DNA from: an uncultured Nitrososphaerota archaeon
Lineage (GTDB): Archaea > Korarchaeota > Korarchaeia > Korarchaeales > Korarchaeaceae
DNA: 22,643 nt
Assembly: GCA_964618805.1 (NCBI GenBank)
Contig: CAZUBM010000026.1
Span: 1-22,643 of the forward strand
Direction: 5' to 3'
Positions 8,373 to 16,518 of this stretch are shown here, piece by piece (position 1 is the first letter of the stretch; each line of letters starts with the position of its first letter). The notes under the pieces are model-generated. The model was not told the origin of the DNA. It saw nothing but the letters and a program-made list of their open reading frames with translations, and searched no databases. The position numbers were made by a program, and so were the translations under genes.

Positions 8373-9587
8373 CTAGAAGTGCATTATGTTTTCCTTACCG
8401 ATTGCGGCCTTCACAATTGCAATTATCTTTTCTTCAGGATTCTCTCCCGTTATTTCTGATTCAATTACCAACGGACCTCTGGTAGGAATGGGCGGTTTAG
8501 TCCCTGGAATGAAGTAAGGCGAAGTGACTCCGGCTACGAAGAGAATAACTCTTACCTTATCGCCAAACCTCTCATCCGTATCGACGCCTATCTTAACGTT
8601 TGCTTTAGAATTGCCCATCTTAGCCTTCACTATGTCTGCGGCCCTCATTGCCTCGTTCATTGTAAGGGTTGGGCCTCCAGTAACGACCAATAAGGCTCCC
8701 TTAGCTCCTTCGAGGGAGTACTCTAAAAGCTTGTTCTCTATCGCCATGTTCACGGCTTCTTCAACCCTTTTCTTGGGATCATCTGACTCTCCTATTCCAA
8801 CTGCAGCAACGCCTCCCGCAGACAGGAACAGGCTTCTTATGTCAGCAAAGTCGATGTTCATGTGGGTCCTCTTGTTTATGATTTCGGTGATCCCCTTCAC
8901 CATTATTGCTAAGGTGTAATCAGCAACCGCTAAGGCATCCTGAAGGGGCAGATCTCCAGTTAGTTGTCTTAATTTTTCATTTGAAATCAATATCACGGCA
9001 TTTGCATGTTTTCTAAGCTCAGCTATGCCCTTAAGAGCGATTTCCTTCTTGTCCTCGCCCTCAACTTCAAAGGGCAGCGTGACTACAGCGATAACAATAG
9101 CTCTCTTCTCCCTGGCAATCCTAGCTACTACTGGAGCAGCTCCGGTGCCAGTACCTCCTCCCATTCCTGCAGTAATGAAAACTAAATCAGGTCTGCTCCC
9201 CAGAACCTTGAATATTTTATCCCTGTCCCGTTCGGCCGCAACCCTTCCTATGAGTGGATCTCCTCCAGCCCCAAGGCCATTTGTTAACTCCTCTCCAATT
9301 AACAACTTTCCATCTGCAATAGCTCCTTCGAGATGTCTCATATCCGTGTTTATAGCCACACATCTAGCTCCTTCTATGCCTAACCTCATGAGGGTATTTA
9401 CGGTATTAGTTCCGGCTCCTCCGACTCCAACTACAATTATGTTGGCTTGTCTTTTCTTTTCTAGCATCTCTTTCCTCCAAAGAACCCTTTCCTCTGGAAG
9501 GACTTCTGATATTAACTCTGATTTACCTCTATCAGATGGAGGCTTTGAGGTCTTCAAAGCCAATGCTTCCTTTCTTATCTCCTCCAC
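8373..9587 (-). CDS. ftsZ: Cell division GTPase FtsZ (probably FtsZ2 type)
   Basis: GVGGAGTN, INTD, GLGAGG.P..G, signature GMGGGTGTG, LPF..EG, T7 loop NIDFAD. SD GGAGGTGA before the GTG. Confidence 0.96.
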   Translation of the reverse strand: MEEIRKEALALKTSKPPSDRGKSELISEVLPEERVLWRKEMLEKKRQANIIVVGVGGAGTNTVNTLMRLGIEGARCVAINTDMRHLEGAIADGKLLIGEELTNGLGAGGDPLIGRVAAERDRDKIFKVLGSRPDLVFITAGMGGGTGTGAAPVVARIAREKRAIVIAVVTLPFEVEGEDKKEIALKGIAELRKHANAVILISNEKLRQLTGDLPLQDALAVADYTLAIMVKGITEIINKRTHMNIDFADIRSLFLSAGGVAAVGIGESDDPKKRVEEAVNMAIENKLLEYSLEGAKGALLVVTGGPTLTMNEAMRAADIVKAKMGNSKANVKIGVDTDERFGDKVRVILFVAGVTSPYFIPGTKPPIPTRGPLVIESEITGENPEEKIIAIVKAAIGKENIMHF

Positions 9588-9598
9588 TTCATCACCTC

Positions 9599-9736
9599 CT
9601 ACTCGAAATATCCGATGATGAGCAAACGGATTGCATCTCTGATTGCCTCGCTCTTACTACAGTACCCATAGAGCCTTACAACCTCCTCTAACCTCCTCTC
9701 TAAAGCCTCTGGAAGGTAGAAAGAGACTACTCCCAC
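9599..9736 (-). CDS. cdrS: Ribbon-helix-helix (CopG/Arc/MetJ) regulator, CdrS-like, 45 aa
   Basis: Manual translation: MGVVSFYLPEALERRLEEVVRLYGYCSKSEAIRDAIRLLIIGYFE*. Has a beta-strand plus the GY-x-S-x-SEAIRDAIR RHH signature. SD GGTGA at 9742-9746; its stop overlaps the ftsZ SD. Confidence 0.88.
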   Translation of the reverse strand: MGVVSFYLPEALERRLEEVVRLYGYCSKSEAIRDAIRLLIIGYFE

Positions 9737-9771
9737 GCAAATCACCGAATCCATTCCTAATTCGAAATGAG

Positions 9772-9782
9772 TATATTTAAGG
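9772..9782 (-). promoter_or_regulatory. TATA box of the cdrS-ftsZ operon (second copy at 9843-9853)
   Basis: Minus strand CCTTAAATATA about 36-46 nt upstream of the cdrS GTG; identical 11-mer repeated 71 bp further upstream. Confidence 0.5.
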
Positions 9783-9970
9783 CGATCGTCCAGAGGGTCC
9801 TTAATAAATGAAGGATAAGCGGGGAGTAATTCATTCAGAGGATATATTTAAGGATAACTAAAGAAAGGAAGACAAATAACGTTGATTAATTGGAATAGAG
9901 GAAAGAACGATGTAAAAAATAGATTATTGCAATTCTAATCTTGTATTACTCTAGAAGGATTGTTAGGGAC

Positions 9971-10001
9971 GAAAAATAGGATAACCTATAACCTATTTTT
10001 C
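9971..10001. repeat. Perfect inverted repeat GAAAAATAGG-N11-CCTATTTTTC
   Basis: 10-bp arms at 9971-9980 and 9992-10001 in the divergent cdrS/gcvPA intergenic region. Confidence 0.5.
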
Positions 10002-10114
10002 CACTCCGTCAAACTCAAATTTCTTAGTTGAATTCGTACAAGAGATGTTCTCTTTCATATGTCAGGGACCTGAAATTTTATTCAAGATGCTGTTCCAATT
10101 GAACCGGGGTTGAA

Positions 10115-11494
10115 ATGCGCTATATCCCTAACACAGATAAGGAACTCATTTGCACGATGTTGAAGGAAATAGGCGTCAAAAGCATAGATGACCTTTTCTC
10201 AGATATACCAGAGAAACTTAGGCTAAAGGAACCTCCGGATATAGGGATTCCGCTGGATGAGGCTGAGCTATACCGGATAGCTAAAGAGGTTCTCTCAAAA
10301 AACGTAACTACAGAGGAATTCCTTTCATTCTTAGGGGGAGGAATATGGGATCATTACGTTCCTGCTGCTGTAGATGAAATAGCAGCTAAGCAGGAATTCT
10401 ATACCGCATACACACCATATCAGCCTGAGATCTCACAAGGAGCCCTTCAAGCAATATTTGAGTACCAATCCCTTATAGCAGAACTTACAGGAATGGAAGT
10501 AGTCAGCGCTTCCCACTATGATTGGTCCACTGCCTTGGCAGAAGCTGCGCTTATGAGCATGAGGATAAATAGAAGGAGCAAACACCTCATTTCTGCTGCC
10601 ATAAGTCCTGAGCGCTTTGAAGTCCTTAAGACGTACTTAAGCCCGCTTGGCGTCACAATAGTTCCCCTTAATTATGAGAGGGAAACGGGCTTTTTGGACC
10701 TAGATGACCTTGAGAAGAAAATAGATGATGAAACGTGCATGGTTTACGTCGAAAACCCGAACTTCTTCGGAGTAATAGATGAAAACGTGGTTAAGCTGGC
10801 CGATGTAGTCCATAAAAAGGGTGCTATATTTGTTATTGGAGTTAATACAATATCTCTTGGTGCTCTAAAGCCTCCTGGAGAATATGGAGCTGACATAGTC
10901 GTTGGAGATGGTCAGCAGCTTGGAATATATCCAAGCTTTGGAGGGCCCTTGTTAGGAATAATTGCAACTAGGTTCGACAGAAGATTCGTAAGACAGATGC
11001 CTGGCAGGCTAGTAGGGATGACTTGGAGCAAAAGGGGGGTTAGGGGATACGTAATAACCCTTCAAACTAGGGAACAGCACATCAGGAGAGAGAGGGCTAC
11101 ATCCAACATAACAACTAACGAGTCTCTTATGGCGATAAGAGCGGCTGTTTACTTGTCTTTGCTCGGAAAAGATGGAATTAAGAGTCTCTGCGAGAAAATG
11201 CTTGTTAACACGGCTTACCTCATGTCAAGGCTTGGTTCAATTGAAGGACTAGAGGTCCCCATTTTCAACTCAAAACACTTTCAGGAATTTCTAGTTAAGA
11301 GTCGGGCGAAAAAATGGTCAGAAATCCAGCAATCTTTGTTAAGAAAGGGAATTTTTGCAGGGATAGATCTAAACAAAAGATTTCCAGGATTCTTTAGCGA
11401 GCTAGGTGAGGTAGCTCTTCTAGCTACTACCGAAATTCACACAAAGGCGGATCTAGATAGGCTTGTAAGGGAGATTGAGGAGGTGATGAGATGA
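10115..11494 (+). CDS. gcvPA: Glycine dehydrogenase (decarboxylating) subunit 1
   Basis: MRYIP, FLGGG...HYVP, FYTAYTPYQPEISQG.LQ..FEYQ, PNFFG, LQTREQHIRRERATSNI.TN. Confidence 0.96.
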   Translation: MRYIPNTDKELICTMLKEIGVKSIDDLFSDIPEKLRLKEPPDIGIPLDEAELYRIAKEVLSKNVTTEEFLSFLGGGIWDHYVPAAVDEIAAKQEFYTAYTPYQPEISQGALQAIFEYQSLIAELTGMEVVSASHYDWSTALAEAALMSMRINRRSKHLISAAISPERFEVLKTYLSPLGVTIVPLNYERETGFLDLDDLEKKIDDETCMVYVENPNFFGVIDENVVKLADVVHKKGAIFVIGVNTISLGALKPPGEYGADIVVGDGQQLGIYPSFGGPLLGIIATRFDRRFVRQMPGRLVGMTWSKRGVRGYVITLQTREQHIRRERATSNITTNESLMAIRAAVYLSLLGKDGIKSLCEKMLVNTAYLMSRLGSIEGLEVPIFNSKHFQEFLVKSRAKKWSEIQQSLLRKGIFAGIDLNKRFPGFFSELGEVALLATTEIHTKADLDRLVREIEEVMR

Positions 11495-13041
11495 CAAGCT
11501 ACTTTAGACAGTCCAGATGGCAGAGGAAAAAGGAGCTAATTGAACCGACGATTTTCGAGCTTTCAAAGGGAAGAAAGAGGGGCTATTATAGGTTTTCGAT
11601 AGAAGAGGAGATGTTGAAGGCGGTGGGAGGAGTTCAAAAGCTTATCCCTGAGGAATTAAGGAGGGATGAGCTTAACCTTCCAAACCTTTCCGAGCCTGAA
11701 GTTGTTAGACACTTTTCCAGGCTTGCAGAGATGAATTATGGCATTGACAGCGGTCCCTACTGGCTGGGCTCATGTACTATGAAGTATAACCCAAAGATCA
11801 ATGAGAAAATTGCAGGAAGCTCGAAGGTAAGAAGGTTGCACCCATATCAACCTGAAGAAACTGTTCAAGGCGCCTTAAAGATAATGTATGAGTTAGGGGA
11901 GATGCTTGGAAAGATCACTGGCCTTAGGCATTGGACATTTCAAACATCCGCAGGGGCCCACGGGGAGTACCTTGGGTGTTCTATCATAAGGGCCTATCAT
12001 CTTGATAGGGGAGAAAAGCAAAGGGATGAGATGCTTATCCCTCTCTCTGCGCATGGATCCAACTTTGCTAGTGCGGCCATGGCTGGTTTCAAGGTTGTCA
12101 GGATACCAATAAATGAAAATGGGTGCACGGATCTGGCCGCTCTTAGGGCAGCAATAGGGGATAGAACTGCTGGAATGATGATAACAAATCCAAATACTCT
12201 TGGAATCTTTGAGGAGGAAGTACAAGAGATAGCTGAGCTCATACATGGTGCTGGAGGACTGTTGTATTACGATGGGGCCAATCTGAACGCTCTTCTGGGG
12301 AAGGTCCTCCTGTCAGCGATGGGGGTGGACTTGGCTCATCTCAACCTTCATAAGACATTTTCAACGCCTCATGGGACAGGAGGACCTGGGGCTGGGGCAG
12401 TTTTAGTTAGGGACGGCCTTGAAGATTTTCTGCCAATCCCAGTCCTAAGAGAGAGGGATGGGCGCTATTACTTCGATTACAAAGTGCCTAAGACCGTTGG
12501 AAGGGTAAAGGCTTTTTATGGAAATTTCGAGGTTCTAGTGAAGGCATGGGCCTATCTGAAGACCTTAGGGACTGATGGTTTGAGGGAAGTTTCTGAGATA
12601 GCTGTGCTCAACGCAAACTATGCGCTTGCAAAATTAAGAGGTCTTAAGTGGGTCTCTGTAGAGTATGGAGGGGATAGGCCAAGGAAACACGAGTTCGTAA
12701 TAAGCTTAAAGGACGCAAGGTCCAAGATCGATGCACCCGCTCTTCACATTGCAAAGAGACTCCTAGATTATGGGCTTCATCCCCCAACCATCTACTTCCC
12801 TCCGGTCGTTGAAGAGGCATTCATGATGGAACCAACAGAAACTGATAGCAAGGAGGACATAGATCGCTATGTTGAAGTAATGCGCAGGATTTTGGAGGAG
12901 GAACTCGAGGAGAACCCTGAGCTGATATTGAATGCGCCTCATAACTCTTCAATAGACCGCTTGGATGAGGTTAGAGCAGCCAGAGAGCCGATATTATCAT
13001 GGAAAATATATGAACGTTATTATAAGAGAGAAAAGGCCTAA
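11491..13041 (+). CDS. gcvPB: Glycine dehydrogenase (decarboxylating) subunit 2
   Basis: LGSCTMKYNP, AGAHGE, TNPNTLG, YYDGAN.N, PLP-lysine motif HLNLHKTFSTPHG.GGPG, EPTET. ATGA overlap with gcvPA. Confidence 0.96.
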   Translation: MTSYFRQSRWQRKKELIEPTIFELSKGRKRGYYRFSIEEEMLKAVGGVQKLIPEELRRDELNLPNLSEPEVVRHFSRLAEMNYGIDSGPYWLGSCTMKYNPKINEKIAGSSKVRRLHPYQPEETVQGALKIMYELGEMLGKITGLRHWTFQTSAGAHGEYLGCSIIRAYHLDRGEKQRDEMLIPLSAHGSNFASAAMAGFKVVRIPINENGCTDLAALRAAIGDRTAGMMITNPNTLGIFEEEVQEIAELIHGAGGLLYYDGANLNALLGKVLLSAMGVDLAHLNLHKTFSTPHGTGGPGAGAVLVRDGLEDFLPIPVLRERDGRYYFDYKVPKTVGRVKAFYGNFEVLVKAWAYLKTLGTDGLREVSEIAVLNANYALAKLRGLKWVSVEYGGDRPRKHEFVISLKDARSKIDAPALHIAKRLLDYGLHPPTIYFPPVVEEAFMMEPTETDSKEDIDRYVEVMRRILEEELEENPELILNAPHNSSIDRLDEVRAAREPILSWKIYERYYKREKA

Positions 13042-13947
13042 GATGGCTTCAATAAGGTAGATGTATAGGACTAGCTCAGGCTCTTTCATCCTCTTAAGCC
13101 TTAGAAGGAATTCTATCAGTGAAAGATGTGGCGGAGGAACTAAGAAGCCATTTTCATCTATTGTGGTCGGCCTCTTTTCCTTCATTCTCCTCCAAGATAG
13201 AAGTTTGAGAAGAAAATCAAGAGCATGAGGCAGCATCAATATCAAAAAAGGGGTAATTAGTCCCCCAACTATGGAAACGGAAGCCAAGAATGATCCCATT
13301 TGAAAGGTAGAACAGTTACCTGGGAAGGCCCTTGCTGGGTAAAAGTTAAAGATTAGGAAAGCGAGGTAGCAGGCTGAAAAGGTAGCTAGCAGAAGCATCT
13401 CCGCCCTATTACCCTTTAAATAGGCAAATAGGGAGAGAACTGAGCTTATTATAACCGAGAGGCCTGCTTCTAGGCCATTGAAACCTGCCAAAGTATTTGT
13501 AGCGTTGGATGAAAAAGTTCCTAGCAAAATGACGAGTGCTGGCACCAAATATCCCCTGAAGGAAAGTCCAAAAACTTCAATGCTATCCAAATAGAAGCCC
13601 AAGGGGATGAAGGAAGCGGCTGGTAGGAGGACTTTCTCTAAATCACTGAGAGATATTGAATCATCTAATAGGCCAATGAGAATCGCGGTTAACGAGGTTA
13701 AAAGGATTAATTCCCCATATATGCTCCCAAATTCTAAGAAAAAGACAGCGAAGGTAGAAATGAGGGCAGGAGGAAGGCCACCTATTCTAGGAACAACCCT
13801 TCTGACCTTCTTATGAATGTCCCTAGAAACAAGCTTTCGTTCTTCGCACATGTTTAGCCACTTCTTGGTTGCGATGTAGCTGAGGATAAAGCAAAGCAAA
13901 GGAAGGCTTTCAGATAAGGACAACTTCCAACCCTTATGCCCTTTCAA
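12997..13947 (-). CDS. MraY/GPT (PNPT) family UDP-HexNAc:dolichyl-phosphate HexNAc-1-phosphotransferase, paralog 1
   Basis: D.HK....VP.IGG, IGLLDD, NATNTLAGFNGLEAG, FN.YPA..FPGN; many TM segments. Exact start uncertain. Confidence 0.85.
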   Translation of the reverse strand: MKGHKGWKLSLSESLPLLCFILSYIATKKWLNMCEERKLVSRDIHKKVRRVVPRIGGLPPALISTFAVFFLEFGSIYGELILLTSLTAILIGLLDDSISLSDLEKVLLPAASFIPLGFYLDSIEVFGLSFRGYLVPALVILLGTFSSNATNTLAGFNGLEAGLSVIISSVLSLFAYLKGNRAEMLLLATFSACYLAFLIFNFYPARAFPGNCSTFQMGSFLASVSIVGGLITPFLILMLPHALDFLLKLLSWRRMKEKRPTTIDENGFLVPPPHLSLIEFLLRLKRMKEPELVLYIYLIEAILGLFSLIITFIYFP

Positions 13948-14149
13948 TAACCGTTATTGCTTGAGTGGGACAAGATACCTCGCAGGCCCTACAAACAAAG
14001 CAGTAAGGGAGCCTCTCTTCTTTTACCTTGGCCTTTCCTGACTCCACCCTATATATGTTGGCTGGACACAGTTCCTCACACAAACCGCAGCCAACGCACT
14101 TTTCTTCATCTAGAACGATTGATACACCATGCTCCTCTTGAATGCTCAT
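13934..14149 (-). CDS. 2x[4Fe-4S] ferredoxin
   Basis: Two CxxCxxCxxxCP motifs: CVGCGLCEELCP and CFVCRACEVSCP. Confidence 0.92.
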   Translation of the reverse strand: MSIQEEHGVSIVLDEEKCVGCGLCEELCPANIYRVESGKAKVKEERLPYCFVCRACEVSCPTQAITVIERA

Positions 14150-14215
14150 AGGTCGATCACTTAGCCCTCAATCATCGAATTTTATTAATTCATCCCTGGT
14201 GGCAAGATTGGTCAG

Positions 14216-15199
14216 ATGAATCTAATTATCGTTTTAGGGGCCGTCTTCATAATAGGCTATGTCTTCACAGACCTCTTACTTCGTTCGCTGATACCCAGGC
14301 TGAAATCGGCTGGGATATTGGGAGTAGACGTTCACAAGCCGAATAGACCGAAGATAGCTGAGAGAGGCGGTTATGCATTAGTTCTAGGCATAATGATATC
14401 TCAAATTGCTGTTTCAATAGCTATAAGGAAAGTTCACGGTTATTCGCTTACTCTTCTCTGCTCAACCCTTATTGCAGCCGTAATAGGATCCCTGGACGAT
14501 ATGATAGACCTTGGAGGAAAGTTGAAGCCCGCCTTATCTCTCCTCTCAGGATTTCCTCTCATCACCTCAGGTTTGCTATATCCTAGGCCCATCTTACCCC
14601 TTATAGGAAGGGCAAGGCTACATTATGTCTACCCTATAGCTGCCTTTCTCCTTCCAGGAGTATTTTCAAATGCTATAAACATGATAGATGTCCTAAACGG
14701 CATGATGGCCTCAAATAGCATAATTATCTTGCTCTTCCTATCGATCATCTCAATTATTTCAGGCAACTACGTGGGAATCATTTTGACAGCCTCGTTATTG
14801 GGTCCATTGATGGCCTTTTACAGGTATAACAAGTATCCAGCTAAAGTATTTGCAGGAAACGTTGGATCCCTCTCCTTAGGCTCATGTTTAGCTTCTACAG
14901 CTATCCTAGCTAGGTTAGAGGCATCCTTTGCCATTACAAGTATTCCCCTCCTCATAACTGGATTCATGATAATAGCAAGCGTTGGAGGGTTTAAGGAAAA
15001 AAAGGAAATGGTGCTAAGGCCAGTAGAAGTTGATGGTAGCATTATAAAGGCCAATCCCGATCCAAGAGCCCCGATAACCCTTGTTTCCATCCTAACCCTC
15101 GATGTAGGGAAAGAGGAACCGAGGATAGTCCTAGAATCGAACCTGCTTTTCATAATCTCAGGCTTTCTGGCAGTTATTACCTATCTACTACTAACTTAG
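14216..15199 (+). CDS. MraY/GPT (PNPT) family UDP-GlcNAc:dolichyl-phosphate GlcNAc-1-phosphotransferase (AglH-like), paralog 2
   Basis: GVDVHKP.RP.IAERGG, IGSLDD, NAINMID.LNG, YNKYPAKVFAGNVGS; many TM segments. Confidence 0.88.
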   Translation: MNLIIVLGAVFIIGYVFTDLLLRSLIPRLKSAGILGVDVHKPNRPKIAERGGYALVLGIMISQIAVSIAIRKVHGYSLTLLCSTLIAAVIGSLDDMIDLGGKLKPALSLLSGFPLITSGLLYPRPILPLIGRARLHYVYPIAAFLLPGVFSNAINMIDVLNGMMASNSIIILLFLSIISIISGNYVGIILTASLLGPLMAFYRYNKYPAKVFAGNVGSLSLGSCLASTAILARLEASFAITSIPLLITGFMIIASVGGFKEKKEMVLRPVEVDGSIIKANPDPRAPITLVSILTLDVGKEEPRIVLESNLLFIISGFLAVITYLLLT

Positions 15200-15208
15200 G
15201 GGGATCTT

Positions 15209-15445
15209 ATGGATAGAGGCCTTGCACTTTCCCTCTTGCTGATCTTAACCGCATGGTCCCTCGTCATCTTAGGCTTATACCTAATTGCTGAAGCCTTAAT
15301 TCCTTTAGGGGCTCAGGGCGGATTATCAGCAAAAATAGCTGGCATATTAAAGGTGGTAGGAGCATTCATACTCCTTGGAGCCCTGCTTTACGCTTGGTTC
15401 CTCCTGACCAAATACCTTGTCGTTAAGCTAAAGGCTAAGAGCTAA
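15209..15445 (+). CDS. Small two-TM membrane protein of unknown function
   Basis: 78 aa with two hydrophobic helices; GGGGGA SD; 9 nt after the upstream stop. Confidence 0.65.
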   Translation: MDRGLALSLLLILTAWSLVILGLYLIAEALIPLGAQGGLSAKIAGILKVVGAFILLGALLYAWFLLTKYLVVKLKAKS

Positions 15446-16496
15446 GTTTCCTTATTTCTTCCCATAAAACCTCTGCAGGATCTTCGCAGGAATATAGGAA
15501 GGACCTAGCCCTCTTTCTAAGGTCTTTCCTGGCTGATTCATCCTCCATATAATTGATTATCAAATTAGCTACGTCTTCAGGATCAGTAAGCCTTCTTACA
15601 AGGCCTTTTTCTACGAGAAGTTGGGTAACGCAAGGTTCTCTTGTGCCTGGAAACATAGAAATTGAGGGAACTCCAAGAAGGGCGGCCTCCCTCGTCATAG
15701 TACCGCTCGCTCCTATGAAAGCCGTTGCTCCATCCATGAGCGCCAAAGAGTCCTTCGGATCCCTAACCAATATAACATGCTTCCCTAATCTCCCATTTGA
15801 GAGGAGTTCTCTTCCCCTGGGGAAGAGATATATCTTTAGATTTGGCACTTTTCGCGCCAAGATCAGGAGGGTTTCCTCAAACAAAGGTGGTCCAGTCTCT
15901 TTATAGAGGTAGGATGCTCCGAAAGGCGCTGACCTTGCAACAACGTAAGGCTTCCCTTGCCCTTCGATTTCAGCTGAACGTTGTCCCTCCAAGTAATCTA
16001 GAACGTGAGCAACTTCTGTTACCCCTTTAAATCTTCTTACTCTCCCAAGTGCTCCACTGCTTGTAAGCACTTCCTCTGGAAAGACTTCTGGAACCACTAT
16101 TGTCTGACTTAAGGGAAAAACCAGCTTATTCACATGAAAGCTCAGGTCGTTGTCGTTTAAGTTGATAGAAGGAATTCCAAGACCAAACGCAACTCTTGCA
16201 AGCTCTGGAGAAGCTTTTGATGAGGCAACATTTGGAGAGAATTCAGCAACAATATTTGCAAGAGAAGAAACCCTCTCCAGGTGTTTTGAAAGTTTTTCAA
16301 CTAGGGAGGTGCCATGAGATCCTATTACCCTTATTTTTTCCGAATATTTAGCTAGAAAAAAACCAACGAGTTCAGGAAGGTTATCTAAACGTCTACAACT
16401 TATTAAAAGGTCATCTATCTCTTTTGAATGCTTTTTCAGTAGTCTCAAAAAGAGTCTCACGTGTGGTAGATTAACTAAATCAATCCAAAGCCTCAT
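15435..16496 (-). CDS. DUF354 family protein (GT-B fold, glycosyltransferase / UDP-GlcNAc epimerase-like)
   Basis: MRLWID..N.PHV..F, IG.HG....KL, SPELARVAFGLGIPSI..ND, GTMTREAALLGVPSIS. True start is ATG 16496; the ORF-track extension to 16622 lies inside the tRNA. Confidence 0.88.
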   Translation of the reverse strand: MRLWIDLVNLPHVRLFLRLLKKHSKEIDDLLISCRRLDNLPELVGFFLAKYSEKIRVIGSHGTSLVEKLSKHLERVSSLANIVAEFSPNVASSKASPELARVAFGLGIPSINLNDNDLSFHVNKLVFPLSQTIVVPEVFPEEVLTSSGALGRVRRFKGVTEVAHVLDYLEGQRSAEIEGQGKPYVVARSAPFGASYLYKETGPPLFEETLLILARKVPNLKIYLFPRGRELLSNGRLGKHVILVRDPKDSLALMDGATAFIGASGTMTREAALLGVPSISMFPGTREPCVTQLLVEKGLVRRLTDPEDVANLIINYMEDESARKDLRKRARSFLYSCEDPAEVLWEEIRKLSS

Positions 16497-16518
16497 TCCT
16501 GGCCACCAAATGAATATA

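Noticed and set aside
10092-10109. GTTCCAATTGAACCGGGG as an ORB-like origin box
   Set aside because: Single imperfect copy, the G run is the gcvPA SD, and no orc1/cdc6 gene is nearby.
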